In this document: positions 62,094 through 64,000 of the stretch, piece after piece | Layout of the letters: each line of letters opens with the position of its first letter | How positions within the stretch are numbered: the stretch's first letter is position 1 | Source of the DNA: a bacterium BMS3Bbin13 | GTDB lineage: Bacteria > Pseudomonadota > Gammaproteobacteria > 21-64-14 | Assembly (NCBI GenBank): GCA_002897735.1 | Contig: BDTW01000034.1 | Location: 37,230 to 101,229 of the forward strand | Direction: 5' to 3' | Length of the DNA: 64,000 bases | Made by a program: the position numbers and the translations under genes | The notes under the pieces: model-generated | What the model was told of the DNA's origin: nothing | What the model saw: only the letters and a program-made list of their open reading frames with translations | The model's database searches: none

Positions 62094-62321
62094 TCTATGC
62101 CCTTTCCGTGCCGCTTCCTGCTAAGGTAAGGATCCGGTCCGGCCCCTTGCGGGGGCGTCGACACCGCCGATCTCCGGAATCGCCGCCGCGCCATATCCGC
62201 GGGGGGGGGGTTGCCAACCCCGCGGGTACTGGCACCATTCCGGAGTTGGGACATGGCGCCCGCGATGCGGATGTGGTAATTCCTCCCCACATCCCGGACG
62301 CCTTCCGCATGACTTGATGGT

Positions 62322-63589
62322 ATGCCATTGCTCGTCTTTGGACTGAATTACCGGACCGCACCCGTGGCCATCCGCGAGCGGGTGGTCTTTCCCCCCGAGG
62401 AACTCGGGGGCGCGCTGCGGCAACTGTCCGCCGTCCGGGGCGTGCGCGAGGCGGCGATCCTGTCGACCTGCAATCGCACCGAACTCTATTGCGGGCTCAA
62501 CGGACCCGCCGAGGGGCCGGTGCTCGAGTGGCTGCGCAGCTATCACCGGCTGGGCAGCGCACAGGTCGAGCCCTTCGTCTATCGGCACCCGGACCACGCC
62601 GCGGTGCGGCACATGATCCGCGTGGCGGCGGGTCTGGATTCGATGATCCTGGGCGAGCCCCAGATCCTGGGACAGATGAAGGTCGCCTACCAAGCCGCGG
62701 TGAGCGCCGGCACCCTCGGACCGATCCTCGGCAGGCTGTTCCAGCATACCTTCTCGGTAGCCAAGCAGATCCGCACCGACACCGCGATCGGGGCCAGCCC
62801 GGTCTCGGTCGCCTTCGCCGCGGTCAGCCTTGCGAAGCAGATCTTCGGCGACCTCTCCGGGCGCACCGCCATGCTGATCGGTGCCGGCGAGGCCGTCGAA
62901 CTGACGGTACGACACCTGCATGAGCACCACATCGGCCGCCTCATCGTGGCGAACCGCAACATGGAGCGCGCTCACACCCTCGCCGCCCGATTCCACGGCT
63001 ACGGGATCGCCCTCCAGGAAATCCCCGACCACATCGCGGACGCCGACATCGTAGTAACCTCCACGGCAAGCCCCCTCCCGGTGCTCGGCAAGGGCACCGT
63101 GGAACGGGCTTTGCGGGCTCGCAAACACCGCCCCATGTTCATGGTGGACATCGCCGTACCGCGGGACATCGAACCGGAGGTGGGAGACCTTCCGGACATC
63201 TATTTATATACGATAGACGATCTGCAGGACGTGATCCAGGAGAATCTACAATCCCGGCGCGAGGCCGCGGAACAGGCCGAAGAGATCATCGATTACCAGG
63301 TTTCCCGGTTCATGGATTGGGTACGATCCCTGGACGCAGTCTCCACGATCCGCGCCTGCCGCGGGAAGATGGAATGCACCCGCGACGAGGTCCTGGTACT
63401 GGCGCGGCGCCAACTCACCAGGGGCAAGGATCCCTACGAGGTGGTCGATCAGCTGGCACGCGTGCTCACCAACAAACTGCTGCACAAACCGAGCACGCGA
63501 CTGCGCCAGGCCGGCAGCGAGGGGTGCAGCGGGATCATCGAGGCCGCGCGCGAATTGTTCGGCCTGACGGACTCGGACGACCCCGATTC

Positions 63590-63593
<4 letters not shown>
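62322..63593 (+). CDS. hemA: glutamyl-tRNA reductase
   Basis: MPLLVFGLNYRTAPVAIRERV... ...ILSTCNRTELY... 423 aa. Confidence 0.95.

Positions 63594-64000
<407 letters not shown>

Overview
High-GC (about 65-70%) gammaproteobacterial chromosome segment. The gene order pilMNOPQ-aroK-aroB-ATPase/SPOR-gltBD-hemE, with ponA divergent from pilM, resembles Pseudomonas / Ectothiorhodospiraceae-type genomes. Most of the window is conserved housekeeping. It includes pgl-glk, apaGH, folA, thyA-lgt, rlmI, a SulP permease, an orphan gcvPB, 6S RNA-zapA, gltBD, the pil secretin operon, ponA, a malic enzyme, rpmE, hemW, rdgB, rph, yicC-gmk-rpoZ-spoT-ridA-recG, ubiCA, lolB, hemA and prfA. The main accessory feature is a roughly 4 kb lower-GC islet at about 4.4-8.5 kb, between two paralogous MshEN/T2SE_N-DUF202 membrane-protein genes and a DUF945 gene. 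It carries two type II toxin-antitoxin pairs (HigBA, and a RelE/ParE-like toxin with an HTH antitoxin), two small cassette-like ORFs, a truncated integron-integrase C-terminus (GVRSPLD tail), and GTTAGGC/GCCTAAC core-site-like motifs flanking the first ORF. Two repeat families lie in the islet (141 bp x2 and 82 bp x2). Together this looks like a decayed chromosomal integron or CALIN-like cassette array. The second notable non-coding feature is a perfect tandem array of 3.8 copies of a 141-bp, hairpin-rich, GGA-containing unit between ygfB and hemE; it could be a structured sRNA or protein-sponge locus. Other points are an orphan gcvPB directly downstream of 6S RNA, an rpoZ with a repetitive acidic C-terminal tail, a palindromic DnaA-box pair in a 585-bp AT-rich spacer, and a small WGR-domain ORF. 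No rRNA, tRNA or CRISPR was found.
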